A DNA stretch of 64,000 nucleotides, taken from Fistulifera solaris (Eukaryota). The notes under the pieces were generated by a model. It was not told where the DNA came from, did not search any database, and saw only the letters and a program-made list of their open reading frames with translations. Positions 12,791-26,894 of the stretch are shown here, in pieces. Position numbers and translations under genes: made by a program. The DNA lies in assembly GCA_030295235.1 (NCBI GenBank), contig AP026133.1, positions 558,001 through 622,000 on the forward strand, written 5' to 3'. Every line of letters begins with the position of its first letter. Position 1 is the stretch's first letter.

Positions 12791-13646
12791 ATTGTGATCA
12801 TGATGAAATGATTGATATTAGAGGAAGGAATGACTCTGTTTGGATTGCAACGAAAAACGAAAGACCGCGCGCATTCAATACTTGTTGTTAGACGCATCTT
12901 ATCCGATTACGGTGAGGGTTTGTTCTGCCCCATTCTCATCACTCTTTTCGAGAGTATAGAAGACCTTTCTCCACGACTGCTTTATGTTGGGTCATGAGTC
13001 ATGAGTAATGAAAAAATAGACTTCGGAGCCAGACGCTGCTGGTTGACCTCGTTTGTTTGGCCAGATTGAAATGTCTTACGTAAACTTAACTTGATTGAAA
13101 TAACGGTCGGCAGCTTTTTGACACACGCGTCGATGCTGGATGTTGAGACGTATCCCTATGTAATTAATTGTTTTGGTAAAATGACTATAGGCCAGAATGT
13201 ACTCTCAACTTTACCAAGACTGCATTTCTGTCATGAATCATTCTTTGTTCAAGCATGGTTACCATCCAATCTCCGTTCTTGGTGCTGAATTGGTAATCAG
13301 TCATTGGTTTCTATCTCTTTTCGCAGGCAGTGACCATGTACGAGACGATTCTTGATATGGAAGAGCCCTAGCAAATCGATATTGGCGACCTTTTCTATTT
13401 GAAGTCCGATTTTTACTCTAGTCCCGATTTACAGGGAAGTGAATAAGACGTCACACTTCGCAAGATCTCCTGCGCAGTACCGCACTAAAACGTGCGGCAA
13501 GAACGTCGTTGCAAACAACCCAACAGGAGACGCGACGATGAGAGCGATCTTTGTCCTCTTCCGCAGCAATCATTTGCTTTCTTCTTCTTTCTCTTTTTCT
13601 TCTTCTTCTTATTATTATTATCAATCACAAGAAGACTTTGATAAAC

Positions 13647-16600
13647 ATGTCATACAACAGTGTGAATAATCAAAACTCCGTCAATGTGACGGCGTTGTTG
13701 AAAAAGACGGAGCACTACGACAAAGACGAACGCTACATGGCCATTTCGGACCTGCGCGACTTTTTGAAGCGGCAAGAAGGAACGACGCACGATACCGCCA
13801 CGGAACGCAACATTTGCACGGCTGTCTTGCGTCTTTTGCACGACAAGTCGAATGATGTCCAGGCCATGGCTGTGAAAACATTGTCGGATTTACTCACTAC
13901 GGTACAGCAGGAGCAAGTCGTAGAAATTGCGGATTCGCTGGCGGATCAAGTGTTGGACAACAGTAAATCCGAATTACGCGATGTCTATTCGATTGGGTTG
14001 CGCACACTCGTCAAGACGATTCCCGCTCCCATGGGAGAGCGTGTTTCGCAACGTTTGGTGGGCCGGCTCCTGGATGGCATTCAATCATTGGAAGAAGAGA
14101 TTGTGCTAGCCTGTCTGGATACTTGGGCGGAATTGCTCACGCGGTTCGGATCTTCGGTAGTGCACGTATCACGACAGCATCAGCCTCTTCTCTTGCAATG
14201 CTTGAAGTTGTTGAACTCACCGACTCCCGTCATTCGCAAACGATCGGGAAATTGCATGGGAGTTCTCTCGACCGTACTCAGTGATGTGCTCTTGAATCAA
14301 ATGATTCAATCGCTACTCGAGCCTATTGAAATTCCCAAAAGCAAAGATCAGGATACGAGAGCCTGGATTCGGACCCTCTGTACCGTTTCGGGTTCTGTCG
14401 GACACCGCATGAGTCAGCAGCAAATTGATCGTATTCTTCATTTGTTCTTGCAGTTTACGAAACCGGCCGACGCGGTGACGGGAGATGACGAGGATGACGC
14501 CGAAATGGGGGTTACAACGGATGAACACGCGATCAATGTCGTGAATGAATTGCGTGAATCGTGCTTCATGGGATACGAGTCTTTCATCACGCTGTGTCCC
14601 AACGAGGTGCAACCGCACATGGATAAGATAATTCAAGCGGCGTTGGCTTATATGAGTTACGACCCGAATTACAGTTATGGTATAGATGATGAAGAGGACG
14701 ATGTAGCCGAAGACATCGATGGTGACGATGATGACGACGAAGAAAATGAATATGAAGAAGAGGAAGAAGACGATGAGGAGGAAGAAGACGACGACGACGA
14801 AAGCTGGAAAGTCCGTCGCAGTGCGATTCGTGCTCTCAAAGGAGTGGTGATTGCCTGCAGCAAAGATCCGACGCGATTGTGGACCAAGACTTACTCGATT
14901 CGGCAGGGAAAATCCAGTGTCGTGGCTTTGGCGATTCTGGGTCGTTTCCGAGAGCGCGAGGAAAACTGTCGGGTTGAGCTTATCGACTGCTTCAATCAGA
15001 TGCTCGCTTCTCTCGTTGCCGCGGACGAGAGGGGTGTCCTGCGTATTGCCAATGACGAGACTATGGATGACGAAAGCGCTTCTTCTATTGACTTCGGGCA
15101 GCTTTACACGTCCAAGCTTGTCAAGGCTTCCGAAAAGATTCTAGAAATAAAGAAGGGCAATGAACGCTCCAAATCTAGTGCGCTATCGTTGCTCTCGACT
15201 CTCTGCAATGTTCCAGGTGGGATAGGCTCCTCTAGTGCCATCTCTTCGGTCTTTAATCATATTCAAGTCTTCTTATCTTCATCGGGTGGGAAAGACGCCA
15301 CCGCGCACCGCGAAAGTACGAGCAAGGGCCTTCGTCTGGACGCACTGACCACTGTCCATGCCATCCTTTCGTCGAAGAACCATGATCCGGCATGGATGAG
15401 AGCTGACATTCAAAACAAACTTCTTCCCCAGTTATGTCTGTCGGTTCAAGAACAGTGGTATAAAGTCATTGCCGAAGCTTTGCGGTCTTTGGCACATGTT
15501 CCAATAATAGTTGTATCGGGGGTGGATCCGGCTTCCAAGGACTGCAAGGTGGTGGCTCAAATGCTGTATGATGCCATCCAGCCCTTGTTGGCAACGCATG
15601 ATGTTGATCAGGAAATAAAGGATTGTGCTCTTGATGCGTGTGCTGCCCTTCTAATGTTTATGAATGACAGCTTGTCGAATGAACAACGCGAAAATCTTTT
15701 GAAACTTTTATTGGATCGGATGCAGAATGAGACTACGCGCATTGCGGCCATCAAAACCCTTGCTGTAATTGCTGGCTGTTCCAACAAAATTGATTTGTCT
15801 CCGATTTTGGCGGAATCGGTCCGCTCCATGGGTTCGTTCTTGAAGCTCAGTAGCCGTTCGTTGCGGCAAACTGCTCTTGAAGCTTTAATTGTTGTGGTGA
15901 ACCATCATGGCAATTCTTTAAATGATCCGAGTGGAGACTTGTATTCTTCGGTCCTGGTCGATCTGGAAACTCTTGTCGTAGCGACAGATTTGCATGTGAC
16001 CCAACTCAGTTTGTAAGTTCTCAACATTTCTTGCCCCTGATTTTCTTTTCACCACTAATCATTGCTTTCTTTTAACGTCAGACGCGTCTGCGAAGCAATT
16101 CTGTCGGTGTGCCCAGCAGCGGGTGCTACATTCAGATCTAGTGTTTTAGGACGTGCTCTTGCGCTGTCCACGGCGTCGTCTCTTCAAGATACTGCTCTCG
16201 TGTCCTTGCTGGCTTTGTTTGAGCGGTCCATTACGAGCAGCGCAGTCGAATTCCAGGAATTATTCGAGAAATTACACCAGCAGCTCAAGCCTGATATGAG
16301 TAAGTCGGCAACATATCACTTAGCCGAATGTATTGCAGCTGCTGCAAGTGCAACTCGCCCGGAAAACACGAAGACTGTGCTGGACGGAGCTTTGGACGCA
16401 ATGAAAATTGCTATTTTGGATGAAACGGACGGTGCAAAAGTCAAGGACTTGCAACTATCAGTCCTCATCGCGGGCGACATTGGTCGCAAAGTAGATACAG
16501 TCGCTGTTTTTGGGGCCGATTTTGCGGATGCTTTAAGAGTTTCGTTTGTACGTCTCCTGGATCATTCTGTAGACGAATTGATGTACGCAGCGGCGTATGC

Positions 16601-17684
16601 TCTAGGGAACGCTTCAGTAAAGTCGCCATCCGTCTTTCTCTCGGAAATTGTCCAGCGTATCGACTCTAGCAATAAGAAACAGAAACATGTAGTGCTCTCC
16701 GCACTTCGTGACTTTATCAAGTGCGGGCAGAAGCTATCGGCGACGGATATTACGTCCGCCTCACTACAGAATATTTTGCCTCCCCTAGAGCATAACTGCG
16801 GCGATGCCGAAGAGGGTGTACGAACTATGGTCGCCGATTGTTTTGGTTCGCTAGCGTGTCTCCATCCCGATGAAGTTCTTTCAAAGTTGCAGTCCATCTT
16901 GTCCGCGCATTCCGAAATTTCCGCTCCCGGTGGAAAAATCCCTGAAAAAGATGAGATTTCGAAGAAGAATGCCTGGGTAAGCTGGACTGTCATTACCTCA
17001 GTAAAACAAGCTATCGCCGGAAAAGTGGATGCTGTAAAACTTGCTGCCGCCATGCCGACCTTCGTCGCAACATTGAAACAAGAGGAACTGTCGCTTAGAA
17101 CGACGGCCCTTCTTATGATCTACGCTTCTGTTCACCATCTGCCTCAAGCTATCACAGGTCTTCTGGATGGAATTATTTTCCCAGAGCTTTACCGAGTGGC
17201 GAACCTGAAACTTGAGCGTAAGGTCGACCTTGGGCCGTTCACACATACAGTAGATGACGCTTTGCCCCTTCGAAAAGCCGCACTAAGTATCTTTGCGAGC
17301 TGTTTGGAAAATGCTCCTGAATCTATGGACATAAACAAGTTTTTGCCAGTTCTAGCCAATGCCATGGGTGATGCTGAAGATATTCAATTGCATGCTCATC
17401 AAATTGTGATCTCCATGTGCGCGCGACAGCCTAGCTACTTAGTCGCTTCAATCGACACATTCGTGGACCCTCTCGAGAAAACCATGAACAAGAAACCGGG
17501 TCAAAAGACTGGCACTGAGCTCGAGCGCCTGAATGATTGGATTAAGAGCTCTATTCGCGTCATGATAGCTCTCAATGCATTGGATGGTGTCCCGAGCTCA
17601 GGTAAATTCGGTCAGTTTGTTGAGCGGACCAAATCAGATGCTAAGTTTGCGGAAAAAATTCGAACGATTGAGGAAGAGCGTTAG
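13647..17684 (+). CDS. CAND1: Cullin-associated NEDD8-dissociated protein 1; intron 16013-16081
   Basis: DKDERYMAISDL, YDPNY plus acidic loop plus SWKVRRSA, EREENCR, and VDLGPFTHTVDDALPLRKAA. The intron keeps the frame. Confidence 0.95.
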
Positions 17685-18263
17685 TATTGTCGGCGATCTA
17701 ATATTGCTTTCTCAGTTTAGTTGTCATGACGATTAGCTCGTTTTATTTTGTAAAAATCGCATTATGTCTCATCCGCCGTAACAGTATCTCTCGTGGCTCC
17801 AGTTCTTAGAAATCTATCCGTACTCTCATACACGCCCCTACCCCTCAATGAACTTTTTTTCCCGTGTACCGACGCAAGGTGGACAAGGAATATCCGTTCT
17901 GAATGTAAAGCTAGCATTAAAACTATCCACTTTATCCGTGTTCGCGTTATGACGGGTGAGGGTATCACAGGCTTTCTTTTTTTCATGTTAGAATGAAAGA
18001 AATGTTTGTGTTGTCATTGTACCTGTCAATCTTACCGGGACTGGATTGGTTCGTGTTCCAGAAAGTCAAGACTACAGTTTAGGTGATAGTTCAAGCAATA
18101 CCTATAGCCCAATGTCTACACGACCCCTGTTGTTGTCGCTTTTATTTGCATTTTGCGTTTGCAGACTCGTCTTGATTTCGTTTCATTTTGGTCGTCAACC
18201 AAAAGGCTTACTACGCAGTATACGCCTTTCGTTTTATTCGCATTGATAGCTATTGCCATCAAC

Positions 18264-18612
18264 ATGACAGAGTCGGACGCAGGGGATCTTTCCATACAAG
18301 AATTGCAGGACACGGTGAGCCGCTTGGCATCGCACAAGGGCGTGCAATCGGTCCTGATATTGAACCGGGAGGGCGATATTCTAGCCGAAAGTATTGCCAA
18401 TTCTACGCCTTCATCATTAAGTGGAGATGATACACCGAAACACGATCTAGCAAAACAATCGCACAAATTACTCGCATCCGCACGGACGTACTTGCAATCT
18501 CTAGACCCCAACGACGAAGTTGCCTTCCTGCAGCTGCGATCCAAAAAAGAACCATGAAGTCATGATTGCACCACATGAAGGATATGTTTTGGCAGTTTCT
18601 AAGCGATTGTAG
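18264..18612 (+). CDS. DYNLRB: Roadblock/LC7-domain protein (dynein light chain roadblock-like); frameshift ~18548
   Basis: TVSRLASHKGVQSVLILNREG...LDPNDEVAFLQLRSKK joined across an A-run to NHEVMIAPHEGYVLAV. Confidence 0.8.
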
Positions 18613-18738
18613 GAATATGTCGATCCTGGATGTACCAGTACACGCAAACAATGACCGTAGACAAAGTACGATTTGATAGTTTGATAGTCTAAAATCCGAA
18701 ATGTTGACTCGGAAATACGAATTATGTCTTAAACCATT

Positions 18739-20826
18739 CTAGTCAATCTCGACCACCTCCTTGGTGAACGTATGGACGGATGATGTTTGGCTGAAAATCG
18801 GACGCAGATCGTCGTCGTCGCTATCGTCGTCTAAGAGTTGGATGATCGGCCTGTTATCCTTCCTTTCCAGAGGAAGGAACGACTCGAGAGAACTAAGAAA
18901 GTCGTCTATATGACCTTCCGCTGCTATGAGGGAACAAGTTTCCGCTTTTTTCGCTCGCGGCGGATCCTTTATCAGCGATGGCTTTACAGCCGCTACCGTG
19001 GTTGATGTTGCAAGCTGCCCTAAGCGAGAGGATATGTTTTCGTCGTCACTGTCACTATCTAGCATTTGTATGATCGACTTTGCTGGAGAAGCGGAATAAA
19101 CGTTCGATTGTTGTCGTCTCGTAGGAGGTGAATTTTCAGGAGAATTTGAATACTTCTCAAAAATGCTCTCCATCGAATTGATTGCTAGGCCGACGGAATA
19201 GGACTTCGCCGTACATGTATTTGCGACAATCTGCTCATTCACGGGTGATGGATCCTTACGCACCAATTGTTCTGTATACGGTATGGTGTTTTGTTTTACA
19301 AACTGCGCAGCTGCACCAGCGGTGCTAGTTGCTGGTAAGGTGCCTTGCTTGTTCACGAGGGGCTCGTCATCTCTCATAGCCAACCCGTACGCCACATGCA
19401 ATTCTGCGGAGCTCCGAGGACCAACCTTGCTGGTCCGTGCTCCCTCGCTTACGACTACTTCCGACAAGAGCTCACACCGCTGGTATTTAGGTACCGAATC
19501 GTACGCCTCCAGCAAATGACAAGTCGTAGGATAGAGTTCTTGTAGGCGAACAATCTTTTGGCGTTCACTGTGCTGACTTGCTTGAGCATAAACCCATGCA
19601 AACTACCAACGCGCCGGTTGGTTATTTCTCGATCACGTTCGACAATGGCCTTCAATTCACTGTATGTCATGAAGCGTTGCGTACCAAAAGGAGGCGTCGG
19701 ATCACAGTCAAAAGTCATTTCCATTAATGACTGCATACGCTTTCGCCGATGACGACGGTTTTGTGCCAGAAATGCTCTTTCATCAGAGGGACGCACGTCG
19801 CTTTGAACAGCTACTTGACTAAAATTGGGTAGGGCTTCGGAGGAAGTAAAGACTGCGGGAAACGTCCTCTGCAGAATGCGACGATGCATTCGTTTCAAAG
19901 TAACAACAGTGTCATCCATGTGCTTAGTTTGAAGAATTTGAAAGCCCGTATGGAGTCGAATTTCCCATAACGCCGAAAGCAAAGTATCCGCCGGACACCG
20001 GTGCTGATCCTTTGTGATATCGCCCTCAATCAAGAATACAACTTGAGCAATTCCTGTTTCTTTCAGGCGCTTACGCTGTTCCATATAACGTGTTCCGAAC
20101 AGACTTGCTTTTAGATCTTCGGCTGATTTACGTTCCACAATGGTCCCTACCAGTAATTCTTCCACAACTTTTCCACCCTGCGTCCCCTGGGCGATCCAGG
20201 CCATATCCCCAATGGGCAAAGTTCTTTCTTCCGTTGGAATCCCCGATTGCTGACATGCCGACCGCATTTTATTTCGCTCTTGTTCTCTAACATCAATCAA
20301 TAAAACAACCCGCCATACCATTCGTTGATTCTTCCAATTCAATGCCCGGGCTTGTGCTTGCTCGACCGCCAATTGCTTTTTCGTCTTTTTTCTCCACCGC
20401 CGCCAGTTCAAATGTCCTTTTTCGTGAAGTTCCGTCATGGACTGCGGATTGATGATTAATACTACTTATTACAGTGGGTAAAGTTTTACGTACAATGCAG
20501 GATTCTCCGGCATCGGGTGAGACACCACTCATCACAACCGATGCCGCTTTTGGACGAGGCGTTTTTTCGGGAGGGACCATCATTTTTGCAATCGTCGGTC
20601 CCACAAACGGCAACGCCAATGCTTCATCGTACTTTACAACAGGATCTTTTGCTTTTTGAAGTGATTCAATGGCACGCTTCAAAGTGAAAACGAAGTTACC
20701 GTGCGCTCGTTCTTGTTTTTCAAGCAAACGATCCAGAGCGGCTTGATTGGCTTCGCACGTTGCCGTATGAAATTTGGGGCGTCCCGTTTTCTTTGTCGGA
20801 GGGCCTTTTTGATAAGGGTGCGGCAT
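18739..20826 (-). CDS. MUS81: Crossover junction endonuclease MUS81-like; frameshifts ~20420 and ~19545
   Basis: N-terminal HhH-like ALALPFVGPTIA. ERCC4 nuclease motifs LIDVRE, GDMAW, VERKS, RYMEQRKRL and LIEGD. Confidence 0.85.
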
Positions 20827-21233
20827 GTTTCGTGAAGAATACGTCCGATTTGATGAAGGAGAGTCAAAGAAAAACAATTGAGCATTAAATACTGGTAGTG
20901 AAGACTTTCATGGAAGGAGATGAATGACACGAAGCGGAAAGTAAATGCAACCTGCTGGCGCGGCTGGCGTTGCAACGGATAGCAACGGATGTCTGATAAT
21001 CGTTGACACTCATGACTGTTTCACTCGTGACGGGTTCCTTTTGAATATATGCGTGACGTCACTTCTTGACTGAGTCATACCCGCCAACAACAAGGCGACA
21101 ACAGAAAGAAAAAAACACGCCATTCGGATGATCACTGGATTTCGACAAGATATCATCCAAACGATCATTTCTTTATAGACTTCATATCTCACTAGAAAGT
21201 TCTCACCGTCCATCACAACGATATTAACCCGCA

Positions 21234-22114
21234 ATGAAGTATTCGCGCACCGTCTGCACTTCTCTGATTGCCTTGACTTCGACCACGTTGGCATTTCGTA
21301 GTTCGTCGTCTACCTTTCTCGGTCAATCAACAATTCGTCAAGCCTCTCGTGTCATTCCGTATTCCACCACGACTCCCACTATGCTCTTGAGTAAATTGTT
21401 TGGAGGAGGCGCTTTCGGTACAGAGCGTATAGCCTACCAAAACTTGGATCATCCCGGCCCCGAATTGGCACAATGGGCCGAGCAGGGCAAAATGCCCGCC
21501 ACGTCGGAACGTGATCCCCACCTTGCGCTAGCTACTTTTGCCGGTGGATGCTTTTGGGGTTTGGAATTGGCCTACCAGCGTGTACCGGGAGTGCAATACA
21601 CGGCAGTCGGTTATGCACAGGGACCAGAAGAGTTTCCCACCTACAATCAAGTCTGTGCGGGTGCCACGGGTCATACCGAAGCTGTCATGGTGTATTATGA
21701 TCCGAAAGAATGTGATTATTCCAAATTGTTGGATACCTTTTTGATCGCATCGATCCGACGACTGTGAATGGTCAAGGACGTGATTTTGGGTGAGTCTTGT
21801 TCTCAATTTATGTGGTTCATTGTAGTGCGAATTCTTTTGCTCAACTTTCATTCGTCTCTCACTTTAAAATTTGCAGAAAACAATACCGGACAGGAATTTA
21901 CTTTCACACCCCAGAACAAGAGGCCATCGCACGAGCGCGCTTTGAGGAAGAGGCCAAAAAATACAAAAAGCCCATGGCAACGGAATTGAAAGCCGCAACA
22001 CCCTTTTGGCCAGCAGAAAAGTATCATCAGCAGTATTTGGAAAAGGGCGGACGCTTTGGAATGCCCCAGGATGCTTCCAAGGGCGCTACAGAGACCATTA
22101 GATGCTACGGTTAA
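21234..22114 (+). CDS. msrA: Peptide methionine sulfoxide reductase A, probably plastid-targeted; intron 21790-21876, frameshift ~21740
   Basis: FAGGCFWGLE, TGHTEAV, QYRTGI, AEKYHQQYL and terminal IRCYG. Signal peptide ending TLA-F, then a Ser/Arg-rich transit peptide. Confidence 0.93.
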
Positions 22115-22295
22115 GATACTTTAAGAAGAGAAATGCATGTGCAAAATGTTTAAACTTCTTTATTCCGCGTTGTTGTTTCGCTACATGAGGCTTTGGTTCC
22201 TGTAGATAGGCAGGCAAGGCCAAGCCTAAAGTTCCAGGAACTTCAAAATACAATTAATTTGTAGATACAATTTGTAAGTATTGCCAAGTATGTGA

Positions 22296-23834
22296 TTAAA
22301 GAATGGTGGAATCCGAGGTATCCTCTTTGTCAAAATCGTGCATGACAATCGTATTGTCGGCACCATCACTGACGATTCGAGCACCATCAGTCCATATGGA
22401 GTTCAGCCACACCTTGTATCCCACAAACTGGTATAAGAACGTCATTCCATCGACGTCCCAAACGCGCACACTAGAATCCTGCCCGCCGCTTACAACAATA
22501 CCTGGGCGAGGACTGGAGAGACTACGCACAGAGGCAAGATGCCTGGATTCATATGCCTTGAGTGGTTTGAGAAATGGCCTTTTGGTGTCCACATTACCAA
22601 ACTCATCCAACCTGAGACGCTGCTGGAATAGGCTACCATCATTGCCACCACATACGATCGAGTATTGCTGAGTTCCTGTATTCTTTCCGCCAGTTTCGCT
22701 GTGGGCTACAAATGCACATGACTGAATAAATGCATTGGAAGACTTGCGTTCCATCGAGTCAAAAGGAGGAGTGAAGGAAGCAAGGGGCTGTCCACTTTCA
22801 TCATCTTCTAGTGAAATGAGTTCCACTTTTCCATAGGCAGTGCTCGCCACAGCGCATCCGAGCTCCGAATCAACATGCATGGCTACTAATGCGGCACTGA
22901 GCTTCCACGAATATTCCGGACTCTTGTGCAAAGCCAAGGGAAGTTCGTCGTCCAAGGGATAGCCCTGCACATGACCATCCGCAGTTCCTACCCAGAGATA
23001 CTCATCGTCCAGTTGCAATGCCACAACGAGAACTCCCTCGAGAGATTCCATCGACCCTTGGGAAACCAGTTGTTTTGAATCGGGATCATAGCCCCATAGC
23101 TGTACTCCACCACCTATATTTTCGTATCAGTAGATGATTCGCTTTGAGACTCATTTCGTTTCTCACAGATTGCACGGTTTGATCTTACACGCATAGTAGT
23201 CTGTCATTCCATTTCACAACTCACCTCGATCAGCCGAGCAAATTCTCGACCCCGAAAATGCCACTGCCAGTGTACCCCCGCCATCGAACGAGCCATACAA
23301 GAGACGTAGCGTCTGCTCCAAGTCGGCAGGAGACGCGAATGCTTCATCCGAATCGTCACTTTGTTGCTCGATCTCTGGTTTCAGATTGCTGGCAAGAACT
23401 TCTCCCGTTTCCAGATGAGTGACGTATAAATATCCTCGCGCACTACCACACACAGCTAGCGGGTAATCCACATCGAGTCTACGAACCCAGTCTGGTAAAA
23501 CGACGGCCACTTTGGAGGAACATGTAGCATTCTTCCACCGCGAAATTCTTTGTTCTTCTTGTTCGTCGAGTTGCGAAGCACGAGCTTTGAGACTTTCAAT
23601 CCATCTGGCCGAGTTACTACTGTCATCATCATTTCTCGATAAATTATCCTCTGGACTGTATCCCAAGCGCGTGCTTGGTTTCCGATGACCCTTCCATTCG
23701 GAATCCGTTGGGAATCGTCGGGTTGAGAACGTCGACCACGGTGCACGGCTGCGTTGAGGGACATTCACTTGGAAACTATCCGTCAACAAGAAAGCGTGCG
23801 CCGCTAATAAAATACCCCGTGTCAGTAAAATCAT
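22296..23834 (-). CDS. WD40-repeat protein with bipartite plastid-type presequence; intron 23224-23114
   Basis: Splicing joins the two ORFs in frame. WD motifs VSGGQDSSVRVWD and VSDGADNTIVMHD. Presequence ends LLTDS-F. Confidence 0.75.
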
Positions 23835-24375
23835 TATTGATAATCGTTTTTTCTTCTTTTCGATTGCAGACAAATACAATGATCCGCATAAGAACAGTCG
23901 ACCAGCTCACAGAAATTCAACCGAGCGTTTGGTGTTTGGTTTCCTTTCGGAATTCCGACATCACCCTACTTTTTGTTCAATTCAATTTGTCCGGTATTGA
24001 AGGAACAAGTTCTGCGATATTTGAATAGAAAGCACAAATGTCTGATCACACGTTTCTTAGTATAAGAAGATTGGCCATAGAAAAGTGACGAGCATTCGCG
24101 TTAAACTCCTTAATCATACTACGTACTAAATTAACGGATGACAAAGAGGGTAACTTTTTACAGAAACGTTGTGGAGTAGAGTTGTTGTTATTAGTCGAAA
24201 CAAAAACAGTGCGACTACAGTGTCGAGAGCGCACCATGTTGAAAAAATGAGTGCAAGCATCAGCCTCATCAGTTGAATACCAGGTACGGAGAAGTCATTG
24301 CTGTTCAGTTTTATCGTGTAAAAACGCCACAGCTACAATGCAGAAACAACAACAAGAGATATTCGTCTTGTCCAA

Positions 24376-25029
24376 TGAAGAGGAAACTGAAGAAGGAAAA
24401 AGTGATAACAAAGAAAACACTTTCACGCCGAACCTCAGCATTGGAAAACACTCTCCCTCACAGCATCGCTTTGATAGAATGTGAGACCAACTCGAATTTC
24501 AACTTAAAGACCGCTTTCAAAGCCCAACTGAATTGAAAAAGGGATTTGTCCAAGTTGGAGATAGGCATGGCTTTTTGGTGAGAAGGGAAGGCATGTCAAT
24601 TGTCTGCAACAGTGCAACCCCGAGCTCAGATGCGATTGCCCTTCTAAAATATCTTGCACGTTTCGCACTCATCCAAGGAACCAAATCAAAGTACCCGGAC
24701 AAGATTCACATTACTTCCATTTGTGCTACTCATGGCAATAGTTGTAATCCGGACGATCAACAACAACTAGAGCATTGTATTCAAGCTTCCGGTGCGATAA
24801 TAGACCGGACTTCAGAAGCCGTGTGGAAGGCGGTCGATCTGGCAAACAAGACCGATGTAAGTGCGAAAGATCTCCGCAACCATACTGCAGCCTGCAGTGC
24901 GCAAGAACTACGTGTTGACATTTGACATTACCAAACATTGCTAACTTTCGGCAGTGGGTCAAAAGGATTGAAACGGTAACCAGGAGGACATCATTGAACC
25001 GAACGAAGTACACGGATATGGCTTGGTGA
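24376..25029 (+). CDS. Fragmented hypothetical ORF (frameshifted gene or pseudogene)
   Basis: Abutting ORFs 24273-24536 and 24533-24925 plus a short third frame. No recognisable motif. Confidence 0.25.
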
Positions 25030-25067
25030 TACATCGCATAAGACGCTTAAGAACTAGAAATTTTTAG

Positions 25068-26124
25068 TTATTTCTTTTTACCAAACAAGACTTCCTCAAA
25101 TTGCTTCCACAAGATACTAAACAGGATACCCTGCAATCCGTTGGCCAAAATTTTGGTTTCCAATCCACGAAAGAACAAGCCCTGTACACCCGACTCTTGC
25201 AAGACATTCTTGACGACTTGCACGTACGTCAGTTGCTCTGGATGGGACTGTTTATAGACTTTGACGACACGAATAGAGTTCGAACAAGTATCCGAGATGG
25301 CCGACGAGCAGAAACCCAAGAGTGCGCGGCGACCCAGCTCGGCCAATTGGGTGTCTTGTTTCGGAATTTTTTCCGACAGGTAGTTGTAGGTGGCAAACCA
25401 CTAGAGATGGAGAAATGACGGATGAGAAAGACAGTAAAGAAAAGGACGCAAAAACATGACAAACAAGCATTTACGTACCGGATAATGTCCAACAAACGTC
25501 GCACTAGCTGCAGCCAACGATCCGTTGTATAACGTGAACACGCCATTCAATTTGATTTTATCCACAACCGATGAGAATTTTCCGGTAACCTGCATCGTTG
25601 TCTTTACGGTATCGACTGGCATGAGGAAAATACGGAACAGAGCAGCCGCTCCACTGGCCGCCATGGTCTTGACACCGACATTGAGGTCCTTGGTCGACTC
25701 GAGACCATTGAGAGCGGTTAAAACACCGGTATTGGCCGCTGTATCACCGAAACGACTCAGCGGACCTTGAATCAAAGCAGGAAGCACACCACGGTAGAAG
25801 CGAGGAATACCTCCATCGGCATACAGCGTTCGGAGTGCCGTGGGGAAAGTAGTTCCATTGCGATATTGATAGTTGATCTATAGAAAAGGAGAGAAAGAAA
25901 AAGTGCAAAAAACACAATGATGAAAGAATTGAGGCAAATCAAACTTCTTTGTCAGCAAAGTGATAGCAAACGGAGACTCACGGTGGTTCGCATCCACATG
26001 AGAGCACCGACGTTAGCACCATAGCAATGGCTCCGGCCGTTCCTCCACGCAGAGCACTGGCGGCCGCCTTGTTCATCACTTGCGAGAAACTCAGCACCTC
26101 CTCTTTTTTCGAAGCGTCCGTCAT
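25068..26124 (-). CDS. Mitochondrial carrier family (SLC25) protein; three exons, frameshift ~26020
   Basis: WMRTT/INYQYRNG, GGIPRFYRG, MPVDTVKTTMQ (PxD/ExxK signature) and GLFFRGL. Introns ~25982-25877 and ~25478-25401. Confidence 0.85.
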
Positions 26125-26894
26125 TTTCTACTTGAAGATTGTTAACTCTTGAAAATGAAAATGTCTCTTTCAGGATTGGTAACAATGATGACGAAGATGA
26201 AGGAAGGGCGCAATGAACTTTATTGTTGTTCATCGTCAAATAAAGACGGCACAAGGCGATGTTGTCGATGAAATTGACCCAGGACGGCGCATATTAGAGT
26301 CAATAGAACAGTGGGAAGCTAAATAGCAAACGTCATCCATTTCCAAACGACCGTTCAACCTGTGCGTGGAGCGTGGAGGAATGAATTTCGTGCATGGTGT
26401 CTGTCTGCGCTCGGCTTAGTTTACTGTGGCCCAAATTGTAGTATCAACTTACCCACGACTGGATTTTTAGTCATGAGGCATTCATGGCTCTTTTAGGCAA
26501 GCGGCCTTGTTCTTGTTTATACTTTGAAATTCTACAACTAGGTTGTCGGAATGCAGCGCTAGCCATACTTGACATTTTTTCATTACGATTTTTACCCATC
26601 AATGCTGTCAGATGTCAGATGGTTCCGGCGCTTCGTCGTTTCACTGTGGCCCAAACTGCTGGTTCTAGGCACCACGACTGATTTCAGTCACGTTCTGCTG
26701 CGTTTTCGTGTTTTGTTGAAAATTGAAACACATCAGAAGCATTTATTTTTGACAATAACATAATATCGAATTGCCTATCAACACAAGTTAAATAGAATTT
26801 GTGTGATGTTGGATACGCATCGATATTTACCAGTCAATCGATCAGTCATCTTCAAAACAGCAAGGAACGTTTATTATTTTGCGAAAGGAGTTTG

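Noticed and set aside
14685..14800. Long GAR/GAY acidic tract resembling a microsatellite
   Set aside because: It is the normal acidic loop of CAND1 between YDPNY and SWKVRR. The antisense poly-Ser ORF is its shadow.
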